Shown piece by piece: positions 24,801 through 33,977 of a DNA stretch of 64,000 bases; the first letter of the stretch is position 1, and the number at the start of each line of letters is the position of its first letter. Under the pieces are notes generated by a model that saw nothing but the letters and a program-made list of their open reading frames with translations, did no database searches and was not told the DNA's origin. Source of the stretch: Botryllus schlosseri (Eukaryota); contig CM119372.1 of assembly GCA_051294905.1 (NCBI GenBank), positions 36,952,001 through 37,016,000 on the forward strand, read 5' to 3'. A program made the position numbers and the translations under genes.

Positions 24801-27800
24801 ATGGCAAGCCCAGTTCATAATCTCCAGAACCAATAAGTTTAGGAGAAAACACTGTGTTGATTGATGATTTCTCGGTCGTGGTTGACTCTAGTTTGAACAT
24901 CAATTGAGTTGCAAATAATGAATAAATGCGTCATCACTGTTAGTACAATAGGAGTCAAGTTTTAAGCTAACTAAATGTGTGACACTCGCGGAACAATAAA
25001 AAGTAACTGAGCATACAGAAAGTAGACGATGAGCTATATAAAACTTTCAAATACACGCACGCAGATTACGATCTTAGATTCAGCATACCTCGATGCATGA
25101 TTTTACTGGTCGTTGTCTGAGTTGTTGTGGATGTCTGGATTTCGGCAATTTCTGATGAACCTGATGGCGACATACCCAGGTAAATAAACATATCTTATAA
25201 AGTTTGATAACGAAAATCTGATACGGAAATAAGGTGTCCTGCCTGGCATTGGAGATTTATGTATGAGATATGCGATCATGCACATTACGGATGATGACGA
25301 TATTGTTTCCTGTACGATGTAGCATAACCCGATCAAAATCAGACGATCGTATGGTACTTGTAGTTAGGGATGCATTCAGAACAAACGATGGTTTGAAATA
25401 CTTTGTTTAAAACATGTTTATAAATAGCGTTTTGAGCGGATGCCTAAAAAAATATTAAACGTCGTATTAAGTATACCATAATTGGAAAAAACTTTCGGAA
25501 AACATGTAGTATATGAGCGTACGGACTATTTGCTCCTAACATATGTGATGTATACGATATGAAGTTGCAGGAACCCTCGGAATCGTCGTTGGTTCGACCG
25601 TTATAGTACGTATAAATTGATCATTAGTACGGAATGGGTGTTCTGAGGATGATGATGATGAACGCTGACCGCAAGATTACTGCATGACGATGGAGTCCTG
25701 GTTAAAGATATTTTTGGTAGGTTCATGACAGTGGTCAATGCCGATCCACTGTGACGTCACAATTAAATAAACGTGACGTCAAGACGAGAAAAAAGACAAT
25801 AAAAAGTATATTTTCTAGAAGTACCATGTTTTGAACAAGTTTGTTTTAAATCGATTTTGGTTTTAAATGTAACGTTACTTGAAGCGCGTTACATGACCTC
25901 GCCACACGCAGCACAGCGTGTGTTAAAAATTCAAAAAATTTCTCAAGCACTCGAAAACTTTTTACGATGTCGGATAAGCGGTCATTATACGACGGTATGC
26001 TCGGCGTAGAGTTAACACAGAGACCTCCTAAGCCAGACATACAACGTTTATGTTATCAAGCTGATGTTATAGTTCCATTGAGACCAAAGGAAAGGAATCG
26101 AAAATTATCTCGGCTAATAACTGTTTGCCCTGTGTTCTCCGTCTTAGTCCATAATTCGCTTCATGGCCGGGCATCAGGAGAACTGTATGCATTTTCCTTA
26201 TATTTTGTAACGCATTGTCAAGGTTTGACATCATTTTCATTTTCATTTGCTTACCCGTAGACGCCAAACGAAGAGACAATTCATCATTTAGTATGGCGCA
26301 TTGATGGTGTTTTGCAACGAACCCTATTGGTGCTTATTTCTTCATGCTAAGACGTTAATTTTGTCTAGCATCTAAACTTCGCACATCCACCCTACAGATG
26401 AATAGGTATTTCAGCTCCGAAGTAGCGATAGTTTTAGCAAACGAATCGCGTATGTAATAGATATTGACAAACTCACCGCTCATTTCGTCTTTTTGTCCGC
26501 CCAAAAGCGCCATGTTCACAGCACCTAACAGGAAACTCTATGAATGTTAATTATATTGTCCTCCAATGAAGTTACGCATCTGAATAACCTCTATTACGTC
26601 GATGATAATCGACAGATCTCCATTCCCGATCTTTATCGGACCCGCCGAATGCCCACAGTATTATCATTTCTCCATTCTAGATCAAAGGTATAACGACAGG
26701 GTGTAATAGGTCTGGTTCATCCAACGGTAATAGTTATGAAACAAATGGTGACCATTTTAGTACATTCTAATGTTACCTTGGAAAAGAACTCGAATTGATC
26801 ACATAAACTAGATATCAATAGTCCCAGGTCCCAGGTGGGTACACACAAACGGATAAAGCATACCCGATATATATATGGGGATGATAAATTGCGTTGTCAA
26901 TTGATAAGCATAGAGAACAGACTGCTGGTATTGGCACAAAACATCGTTCTCAGCAATCAACGAAACAGGCCAATTCACGACATGAAAACATACTCAATCT
27001 GAGACTTTCTACCGACGATTACAGCTTGTATTTACAAGGTGGTAGATCATCTCTCGAAACTGTAGGAGTAGGGTCATGGTATCTTCGTCGAAAATGCTAT
27101 TCATCCTTATATCTCTATTGATAGCCGCTTCAAATGAGCCACAAGTAGATTTCATGTGAAGTTGAGTGATTGTTTATATCTGTGTGGTAATCTTATTGGT
27201 CAATGACGGAGCGGGGAATTTCAAGTGAAATGATTTGTTTATGCGACCCGCGATGATAACTCACAAGCGTTGTTCTGCATGTGAAGGCAATATTACTCAA
27301 TCGTGACAGTTGTCTGATACTTATTCATGAAAGTTGTTAATTGACTTGTTTGCTATAACACTAATGACTTTCCAGAATACGTTTAGATAACTTAACGACT
27401 CCTTCCCTTGAAATATACCTTCAATATCAGATTAGCAATAATTCAATATTTACTCAACAGATTATCTGGGCAATGTATCACTCTCTGGTGGTATAAACAA
27501 ATCGTTTTGACAGTTATCGAGCAAGAGAAATGACAGTGCATCATATGTCCTGGAAAGCTCGCTGATACATTCTGCACTTACGGCTATACTATTGTCCCAA
27601 ACATTGTTGACTGCCAGCGACCTTTTCACTTTGATTGTGGTGTGAGTCGCATTCTCGCTTCCGCTTATAATTTCCACGTTCTGCTCCTGGTCGACAGTCG
27701 GTGCGCCGTTACGGCGTGCGTAACAGTCCTTGAAAAGAAATTCCATTTATACATAGTTGACTCTATAATTCTAGTTCTAGTTCCACTTTGACGAATTACA

Positions 27801-30800
27801 GCGTACTACTGGTACTACTGTTTCTATACTGTAGTTTCCATTATAATTTTAATTTGATTTTTTTTCCTGAAATATTGCAAGAGACCTGCACGGTGCGTAG
27901 AAGCGAGTCAAACTTGGTGGACATCCATTTGCCATTTTCTTGATGATCAGAATAAACCCTGATTTAATATGAACTATACTTTATTTTTGCTGTTTCTCTT
28001 TCTAGGGAGATAATTCATTTTCTAGTTTCTAATTTGGATAAAACTGTACAGCTATCATTTTATTTCTAGTCTCTTATGAAGAAGCTGAATATTTTTCAGT
28101 TGTTCAATCCTATTTTCATGCAGGTCGTGACTTACCCAAACGTACGACTCGCCATCCCGCACACCCCCTATAATCAAATCCGCACCCGCCATTGTTTCAC
28201 CGATTCCAAATCCGATTCCCACCCATCCCCTAGTCTTTGCTGTCATCTGGAACGAAAGGATTTCAATTTTAAGCTTTACGGTTACTATTAGCAGAGGTGG
28301 TTGAAGTTGTTGTTGTTGTTTTATTACCGCATATAATTGGCGCTTGCAACATCGCGGTTATTTGCGCCCACACAGTAAATTTCATAATCGCATAATGGCA
28401 TGTCTTCATGAACTTGAGTCTTTTTCGGCTCATTTGCTGCCTCCTTTCACGAGTTCGACTCTCTCTTCGTCTGGGCTTTACAATGCGCTGTATTACAGCG
28501 GGATCGGCGATGAGGAGCCCAGATAAACCTCCGACACATAGAAACATGGCAGAGCTGAGACTCGAACCATCAACCATCGATGTCGTGACTACAGTGTTTA
28601 AGCAACTGCGCCACTCGCTTCCCCGGGTGGTTGAAGTATTCATCGTTGGAATTCAATAAGAAGTAGAATTACCGCCGTATATGTCTAGTTTATTGTAAGT
28701 AGAAGTTTCGATTACAGAGACATGTCAAACCTACTTCATGTGGAAGTACGAAATGAAGATTTGAGAAGTACTTAAGTAAATGCCCCCAAATTGTAGATTT
28801 TGATAAGACCTCGCAAACTTTCACTAGTCGATCAAAGGTGACTCCTTTCGAAATGGTAGGTTGCTCAAAAGTAATTTTTTCTGAATTCCGGGAATTCACT
28901 GATTAAATTAATGGGCTGCCTACAAAAGCGCTGCACAGTGCACATCAAAATTGGCTCAATTCCAATCAGTGGAAGCCAAAACAGAGACATTTCGAATTTT
29001 TAAATTAATTGTAAAAATTTAAAATAAAAACAATTCAAATTTTACTGGCATACCATGAAATTGCTAAGTTGCCTAAAACGACGATACATACCATTTTCTG
29101 CTCTCCTTCAATCGGTTGAAGCGAAGTTATTGCAGTTTTTGATTTGCAAAAACGGCATTAACGGTGGGTAGTCCCAGACTTATGAAAGAAAAACTCAAGA
29201 GACTTCGCTTCTGCGGGTTCGAATTGCGTCAAATTTGTTTTGCACCGTTTTTCGAGGAAACTTGACAATTTCATGTTGTTTACATTAAAATTTGAAAAAA
29301 AATATGTATTTTTCAGTTAATTCAAAATTTTCAATTGACTTTGCGTCGACTTCTACTGGCCGGAATTGAGCGCAAGTCGGTTTGCAGCGTTTTTTTTAGG
29401 CAACTAAACAAATTAATCAGTGAATCTCCGGAATCCGAAAAAGAGTTATTTTTGAACAACCTTAGTGCATATTTTCCACTAACGCAAAACGATAAGGCCG
29501 CTGCAAGTTGATCCTATTTTGATAATATATTAAGCTACTGTGATTCAGGATTTATTTTACCAATTCGTTCGACCTCATTTTTCAAGATCCGACGTCTAAA
29601 AAGTAAGTAGTTGGACCTGAAAATTGTTAAATGGAAGTTAAAGTCACAAAAGATAACCTCTCGAGTAAGTATTGCAATTAGGCATAACCTAATTTCGTTC
29701 TCCTAAGAAGTAGAAGTACTTGGTTACTGATGACCGCTGACAATTTCTATGAAGGTCTCTAGAGTAGGCATTTCGCCGAAACCGGACTTGCTGATTTCAT
29801 ACAATCAAGTCAATTCCCACCAGACCACTACACCTCTACACTTACTAAAATAAGCTACGTTATTGCAAAGATATGCCATTGGTAGGTCACATGTTAGGGA
29901 TGTTGTGAGCGCGAGGTTCAGGTTCGCATTCTGTGACTGAACCTCGGAAATTCGGAGGTTCGGGTTCGCAAACGAACTTTGGTAGGTCATGTGCAGTGAA
30001 CCTTTTTTCATCTGATACATTTTTTGAGTCATTATAACGTTTTTGATTAACATTCAGTGCAGTTTAACTTCTAACCACTCTCCGCAGGAAGCTGGCAGCA
30101 TGAAAAGAAATTCAGCACTGAACGAGCTTGCACGTTGCCAATTTCAAAAATGATTTGCTTCGTTAGAAATGCTTGCTAGAAATATTCAGGCTTTTGTTAT
30201 TGCATATTTAGTGTTCATCTGCTGTGAGCTTTGCCTACAATAACGCAATAATAATAACGTAATACACCGCATGTCGGTATTGTGTCAGCGTAATTAACAT
30301 ATCAATTATTGACATCAACGATATTGATGTTTAAAATGCATCGTTGTCTCATGTAAGAAATCTAAGAGGGCGTACGCGATCTATCATGATTCGATATGCG
30401 TATTGGGTAGGGTTACCATACGTCCTCCCTTATGAGGATTTATCCTCCTTTTTCAGGTTTTTGAGAATGTCCTCCAAGGACGCCAAAATGCCCACCTTTT
30501 TGAGATTTTGTCCTGTTTTTGAGAATTTTGGTTAAATATAGGGCAAAATTCGACTGATATTCGGTAAATCAGCAATGAAGTAACGCTCCGGCGGCTATTT
30601 CGGGAGCTGAGCCGGAAAGTTGACCTTTTTGTTTAGGCAACCAACTGATTATGCGAAAGAAAAACTGTATTTTGGATGCCGAGCGAGAAAGTTGACATTT
30701 TTTTATTTTTAGTCAACCGATCGCGAGGTGAGAAAAATTTACCATTTTTTCAAGATTCTCCTCCGGTATTCTAAGTTTGAAAATTTTAAAAAGGTGTCCT

Positions 30801-31422
30801 CCTTTCCCGATTCCAAAATATGGTAACCCTTGTTATGTGTCATAAAATGAAATCTGTCAGATTTGAAGAGTTGGCTGCAGTTTAACTTGTTTATGAGATA
30901 ATATCTGTCGCTACTATAGAAACTGGTGTTTCACTCTGATAAGTAGGCGCTATCGATGTACCAATAGTCTGACCGCACCTTAAAGAATACATGCATAGTG
31001 CGGTCTAGCTTAGACCATCAAGGCTTAATCATATTTTCCATCGCAAGTCCTCGTCGAGATTATTGGGAAAGCGACGGAAGATATTGATTTTATGGAATTA
31101 TATATCCTCTGATCGTTCCAGTCGATACATTTGGTGAGGGTTAAAATGTCAGCGTGTACTTCAGCATTGTGGCCTGAGTCGTCGGAAATGTAGGTTTGGA
31201 ATTAGCAATATCACGTCATGCGACGTCACACGTTCACATTCGTGTTCATATAAAACCGTTCCAAAAGGAAATATGACTTACCTCGATTTCAATTGTACTG
31301 CTGTCATGCGTCCATTTCAACAAGAATCCAGGAGATAATGCTTTGGAATTATGCCATTCATGTGATAAAGTACTTCCCGTTAACACCAGGGAAGCCACGC
31401 ACGCAATTACCAATCGTCGCAT
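803..31422 (-). CDS. MOXD1: DBH-like copper monooxygenase (MOXD1-like) paralogue A: signal peptide + 2x DOMON + Cu type II monooxygenase N and C domains; 3' end runs off the window
   Basis: Hand-built exons (minus strand, phases compatible, no stops, 2154 nt = 718 codons): E1 31282-31422, E2 28136-28246, E3 27582-27728, E4 26589-26676, E5 26477-26524, E6 24727-24887, E7 24557-24667, E8 23802-23951, E9 22971-23061, E10 22861-22908, E11 12569-12696, E12 10178-10252, E13 9905-10109, E14 7350-7513, E15 5453-5547, E16 2800-2956, E17 2644-2737, E18 803-942. Motifs: MRRLVIACVASLVLTGST (signal), GWVGIGFG..MAGAD, NVHH, IEMHYDNP, DSSGLRL, FHSHLAGR, YDFNYQE, GDSLTLECDY, GGLPTTSEMC. Symbol is a family-level (-like) call, not tested orthology. 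Confidence 0.93.
3526..4737. mobile_element. Charlie/Buster-type hAT MITE (GGCCCGC subterminal motifs)
   Basis: Ends CAATAGAGGGCAAAC / GTTTGCCCACCCTTG; TSD ATTTAAAG / ATTTAGAG. Related ends at about 2120-2160, 35930-36100, 39270-39310 and 40070. Confidence 0.6.
5612..7188 (-). mobile_element. Internally deleted hAT (hATm-like) transposon with transposase remnants
   Basis: About 220-bp imperfect TIRs starting TAGGGTTGTCCATAATTTGGAAAAT; perfect TSD CTACACAG (5604-5611, 7189-7196). Minus-strand remnants RQTGAAYHVRFLYAQKI (about 6565-6615) and IWFDSSISRDAAGNDLRFIKDML (about 6418-6487) resemble the PGAxHxARW and APxNDL motifs of hATm-type transposases (recalled motifs, not searched). Confidence 0.75.
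10836..12064. mobile_element. MITE family M1, long diverged copy
   Basis: CAGAAGTGGCCAG..GGCTACCTCTG ends with CTACTT arrays; TSD only approximate (ACGTAAC / ATGTAAC). Confidence 0.6.
12171..12329 (+). mobile_element. 5'-truncated SINE family 2 copy, (AAC)n tail
   Basis: CTCGCCATCTCATCCGTGTAGGCGGTGTCTTATGAAAGCCTAGAAGTGAGCCGTGCTA matches the reverse complement of 34470-34530; ends in AACAACAACAAC. Confidence 0.65.
14288..14650 (+). mobile_element. tRNA-derived SINE, family 1 copy a, with (ATA)n tail
   Basis: A box TGGCGTAGTTGG, B-box-like GGTACGAATCCC. Head and core match the copy at 28308-28625. The 13-bp TSD ATATGGGAATAAG is at 14275-14287 and again at 18694-18706, beyond the Dong element. 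Confidence 0.8.
14651..18695 (+). mobile_element. Full-length R4/Dong-clade non-LTR retrotransposon (single ORF, RT + restriction-like endonuclease) inserted in a (TAA)n tract
   Basis: Preceded by (TAA)7 at 14629-14649 and ends in AATAAAGAG-AATAATAATAAT (18675-18695). About 80 bp 5' UTR, one 1229-aa ORF, about 265 bp 3' UTR. (TAA)n targeting is established for Dong/Rex6-type R4-clade elements. Confidence 0.9.
14733..18422 (+). CDS. Reverse transcriptase / RLE endonuclease polyprotein (1229 aa, uninterrupted)
   Basis: N-terminal KRHRWSKEEYKEIMRCYF (R4/Dong-type). RT motifs WKAAGPD, NYRPITCL, WIDYKKAFDSVPH, GIFQGDSFSPLLF, FMDD (16851-16862, aa 707-710), YKYLG. CCHC CRMC..HLMSGC (from 17844). 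RLE motifs RHN, RPD (18099), IELAVP, KYSKY. Confidence 0.95.
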   Translation: MPAKRSGYIAPGRTRRGTKRMTPEDSSTPTTQEHQREDISQHGACATPNCGSQNSSAAKEKKKRHRWSKEEYKEIMRCYFLAKFENSAGVTEGTFQKWKERTNNSPTMTANTLATMRRCVIKNKKLSEQELAEIEGEMCNKNIENSEALELQFGQDDLNPQQSLDDPNIAEVELQNTTGHPNESITPNDGDIDTELELEIKNQIIDRMKSTLNVNDRVQLPDLQITKKLKTDIAVANKILTETILPATLNDKQGERPQCPLTTINNLIYSTAAVISERHCKIPRTVNKKRGRHTPAWQRRIENKIAKLRYDVAILSELKKGNVSRKVKNKVKRIELEHQTKLQSTEKVTMLQEELKMRICAKAQRLKRYKKRETQYRQNLLFARKPGQFFRMMKQKSNQKITSSKIPATADVESFWKKIWETKKLHNSNANWIQDLHTDHLQTPEQQWSEITKQEIKEALKSSLNWKAAGPDQIKNFWLKKLTATHNYLAVTYNELLSSTSSHEIPAWFTQGITYLIPKNENTRDPKNYRPITCLTTMYKTLTKILAKRSYKHLENLLPPEQKGCKEGALGCKDHLLLDKTILENCKRRHTNLSMAWIDYKKAFDSVPHTWILKTMRMYKMNPIIIRFIENSMKNWHTKLLIKHDQGETETCTIQICNGIFQGDSFSPLLFCLSLAPLSELLRKNETGYVMKKAANSEGQKIHHLLFMDDLKLYAKSDTDLNNQMKIVHEFSEDIKMKFGLDKCSKLTIRRGRATSTGDMNFKMDETITELNAEDHYKYLGICESDNIKHAAMKSSLKKEYISRLKSILKTELNSKNKINAINSLAVPVLRYSFGVVNWRKDEIKKLDTKTRKLMTMHHMHHPKSDTQRLYIPRKKGGRGLQEIEQTFKTEIIGLSQYINNSDNIYCKLIAQEDKQRKTKSLSYRHDKYAREVNLETANLYTAENTVAKPTTIAKAARVRYKNATLKMRETIWESMPLHGQHKKLTSQPHVDELSWTWLSSSGLKPASEGFIFAAQDQSLPTKYYRKRILKQNTDGKCRMCHNQNETVAHLMSGCGALAATEYTWRHNRIGHYIHLELCKHFNITTSTKNWYDYSPAPVTENEQVKILWDVPVITDREIRSNRPDIIVKLKKKRECLFIELAVPADHNLLQKESEKYSKYADLKMECEKMWRCKINIVPIVIGATGVVSKKLMRHIQQIPGNVRFDMIQKITLLGTVHILRKALNAPLD
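19572..21298. mobile_element. MITE with CAAGGCTGTGGA TIRs and CCGACT subterminal arrays (hosts the partial M1 copy)
   Basis: CAAGGCTGTGGA / TCCACAGCCTTG; ACTCCG repeats at 19600-19715 and 21178-21290; TSD not clean. Confidence 0.55.
20160..20689. repeat. Partial M1 long copy (about 530-bp direct repeat of 21940-22462)
   Basis: Collinear similarity from ATTTTTACGG(T/C)CCAC to TGACCAC(A/C)TCTG. Confidence 0.7.
21533..22462. mobile_element. hAT-type MITE family M1 (CAGAGGTGGTC termini, CTACTT/AAGTAG arrays), long copy
   Basis: TIR CAGAGGTGGTCA / TGACCACCTCTG; perfect TSD GTGGGTTG (21525-21532, 22463-22470). Confidence 0.8.
28308..28625 (-). mobile_element. tRNA-derived SINE, family 1 copy b, (AAC)n tail
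   Basis: Head GGGGAAGCGAGTGGCGCAGTTGCTTAA..GGTTCGAGTC; core matches the 14288 copy. 12-bp TSD GGTGGTTGAAGT at 28296-28307 and 28626-28637. Confidence 0.8.
28857..29464. mobile_element. MITE with about 120-bp imperfect TIRs (TAGGTTGCTCAAAAGTAA / TTATTTTTGAACAACCTTA)
   Basis: Inverted arms 28857-28977 vs 29345-29464; a related left end TAGGGCTGTTCAAAAATAAC is at about 58173. Confidence 0.6.
29895..31250. mobile_element. Dispersed TAGGG-terminus repeat family (GAACGCGAACC/GGTTCGCG ends), interrupted by a 30408-30830 MITE
   Basis: Collinear with 59167-60050; right-end pieces also at about 36100-36350 and 42956-43300. Ends approximate. Confidence 0.65.
30408..30830. mobile_element. MITE with TAGGGTTACCATA termini and GTCCTC motifs
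   Basis: TAGGGTTACCATA / TATGGTAACCCT inverted ends; a related right end is at about 9500-9777. Confidence 0.65.
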
Positions 31423-31424
31423 GT

Positions 31425-31456
31425 CTACGAGAATAATGAACATACATTGATTAGTA
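31425..31456 (-). promoter_or_regulatory. 3' splice site (branch-point-like TACTAAT + pyrimidine-rich tract + TAG) 2 nt upstream of the gene A ATG
   Basis: Minus strand reads TACTAAT-caatgtatg-TTCATTATTCTCGTAG|ac-ATG. Confidence 0.55.
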
Positions 31457-32129
31457 TTGTTGAATGCTGTCAAAAAATTATTCACACCAGTAATGTACAT
31501 TCAATTCTTACATAGTCATTAACATTCACGAACACGCTTAACATACCCTATAAACCACCATAATAAACACTGTTCCCAGACCAGGAATACTATCTATCAT
31601 GAAGATTAGCGATTTTGAAGTGTGCTCCGTAATAAATGCGCCCGAGGCGTCTCATCTTATATTATTATCATCAAAGCCGAAGATATGTATAGCAACTCCG
31701 ACGTTTTGAATCGAGTTGATACGGAGATTATAATTTAGGTGGAATCGTTGTCCAGAGTTCAATGATTAGGCTGAGACTATTATGTAAGGATCGTGGCGAT
31801 TAATTATAGCTCTTAGAAGTCGACATTGAATTGAACGATGACTCAATGCCTAATAGTCATCACATGTACTTAATTCTCCCCACTGACGGAGATAATATGA
31901 ATGAATATTTCTGTGAAATTTGCTTTGGTTTTAGATTGCATTTAAGGCCAAGGTGGAAGTTTGATTGATTGACTTCGTCAAGTCGTTTCGAACCCTTCCT
32001 TTCTTTTTATTGGATCAAAGTATTGTGCAATTTTAGATTGATGAAATTTGTTAGTAAAAGGATACCTTTTGTTTGTCTTACTTACCGTTAGTATTCTATG
32101 CAGTTTCTATTACCTTCGTTAATCTACAC

Positions 32130-33477
32130 CAGTGGTTCTCAACCTTTTTCGCCTCGCGGACCGGTAAAATTTCAAAAAATGTCTGGCGGACCGGTGAACT
32201 TTCAAAATTTAAATGAAGTCAAAATGTAATGTATGCAACCGTTTTTTGCAAATATATGGTGCTAGAGAGTGACAGTTAGAGGGTTTTGATCTTATTCAAT
32301 TATATTCATGATGGAATCCATGTGATTTTATGGTAGTGAGTCTGCCGAATCGAGGTAAAATTGCCTGGTCCAGATAAACGTGCTACCGCCGAGAGTCGTT
32401 TACAGTCTTTCGCGCCGAAGGCCGTGGCCGTGGGTTTAACCGACCACGCCAACTCCAATAATATTCTTCTCTTTGACAATATCGAAACACGCAGCGCATC
32501 GAAGTCGAACCAAGCACCTTGTCGTGCTATCTTGCTCGTTGCCCACAGCCAGCAGACGCAGGTTACTCTGGCAACTACGAATACAATGCGTGCCGCAAGA
32601 AAACACAGTTCAGCCGCTATACCGGCCATCCGCAAATCCGGGCGGAAAAATCACTTCGACAGCCCACCCCCAAAAACGTTGGTCTTGGAGCCTCCACATG
32701 GCGATAAGCCAAACCTCCGGGGGCTTTGCCCCCAGGTCCCACAGTTGGGTGGATGTTTTCACCTGTACTTGTGATCATATCCATTCTACTCAGCGTAACC
32801 AGAGAGTTTACGCAGCTTATCGCGCCAATAGCGAAAATTTTCGATCATTCACGACAGAAGCAGCTCTCTCGCGGCCGAATTTTTGGTCCACCTTTCGGAG
32901 TCCCATGTTAACCTAAACTTCATTATGTGTTGGTATACGCCTGACGCCGAAAGGCCTATAAATCATGCGTATTTCTCGGAGAAGGGGGCCTATTAAGCAA
33001 GACATTTAGGGACACTAAATCGTGCAAAGCGCGAAAAGAAAATGAAAAATGTTTTAAAAAGTTTCAAATAAATACGCTATGATTTATGTTCATTTGCGAA
33101 ATAGTTTTGGGCCTTTTTCAAGCTTGGCCCCTCTCCAATTGGGCGGTTTGGGGTGTCCCAGTTACGGTCCTGCACAAAATGAATGAATCGAAAACCAATG
33201 ACCAAACTGCGCTTAGCGATGAGGGAGCTCGTATCTGTTCTGTACTTGTCGCTCGCATGTCGTTAAATGAAACGTCTTGAACTTTAAGTCAAATCGAACA
33301 TGTTTCCAGCCCTAATGTTACCTCACGAAGTTATGAAGCACTTTAAAATTTGATGTTATATTTATTTTATCAATGGACAAGCCTTCAACATTGCATGTTG
33401 AAATTAAAGTATCAAATTGTAATATACCTGGCGGACCGGCAGGAATGTCGTCGCGGACCGGCGGTTGAGAACCACTG
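32130..33477. mobile_element. Buster/Charlie-type hAT MITE
   Basis: TIR CAGTGGTTCTCAACC; perfect TSD ATCTACAC (32122-32129, 33478-33485) with central TA. Confidence 0.8.
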
Positions 33478-33977
33478 ATCTACACGACGCCCTCGTGTTA
33501 TTTTCCCCACACAACGACCTTACACGGTACGCGAAACATATTGTTGGGATCACCGTACGTAATACTAATTATAAGCACTTGGCTCGACAGTATGGCTATC
33601 TGTTTAAATTTCGTTTTAGGAAAGAAAAATTCCTTGATACATGTGGCGTTCATTCTGCGAAGAGACGCTCGTATTTTTATTTGCTTGAATCAAAGCGGCA
33701 TTGCCCAGTCTATAAGGTATCTACTGAGTAACATTATGCTCATATAAACGATTCATTTAAATCAGGAGTAAGAACCTCTTTTACCCATGACCGATTAAAA
33801 AAGGCGAAATTTCAATTTCTCCAAATTTTTGAAATCATTCAAATAAAAACAATTTTTAATTTTAACAAATGGTTTTTACAGTAACTGGTGAACTGGTGAA
33901 ATACCAAAAAAGTATATATAAATACATCACGCAACGGTAGTATAGTTAAAAGTACCAATGCAACAATTAGTTATTAC

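Larger units (their letters stand above)
28292..29739. mobile_element. MITE family M1 copy carrying nested SINE1b and a TAGG-terminus MITE
   Basis: Left CAGAGGTGG end split by SINE1b; right end GTTACTGATGACCGCTG; AAGTAG arrays; TSD not clean. Confidence 0.5.

Noticed and set aside
25750-25785. Paired TGACGTCA (CRE-like) palindromes, also near 43045 and a variant near 31215
   Set aside because: They lie within MITE-like repeats, so they are probably TE-borne; there is no evidence of regulatory use.
32306-32916. GC-richer overlapping 100-147 aa ORFs
   Set aside because: They sit inside the 32130-33477 MITE, have no recognisable motifs, and parts recur as non-coding repeats at about 14100 and 36470.
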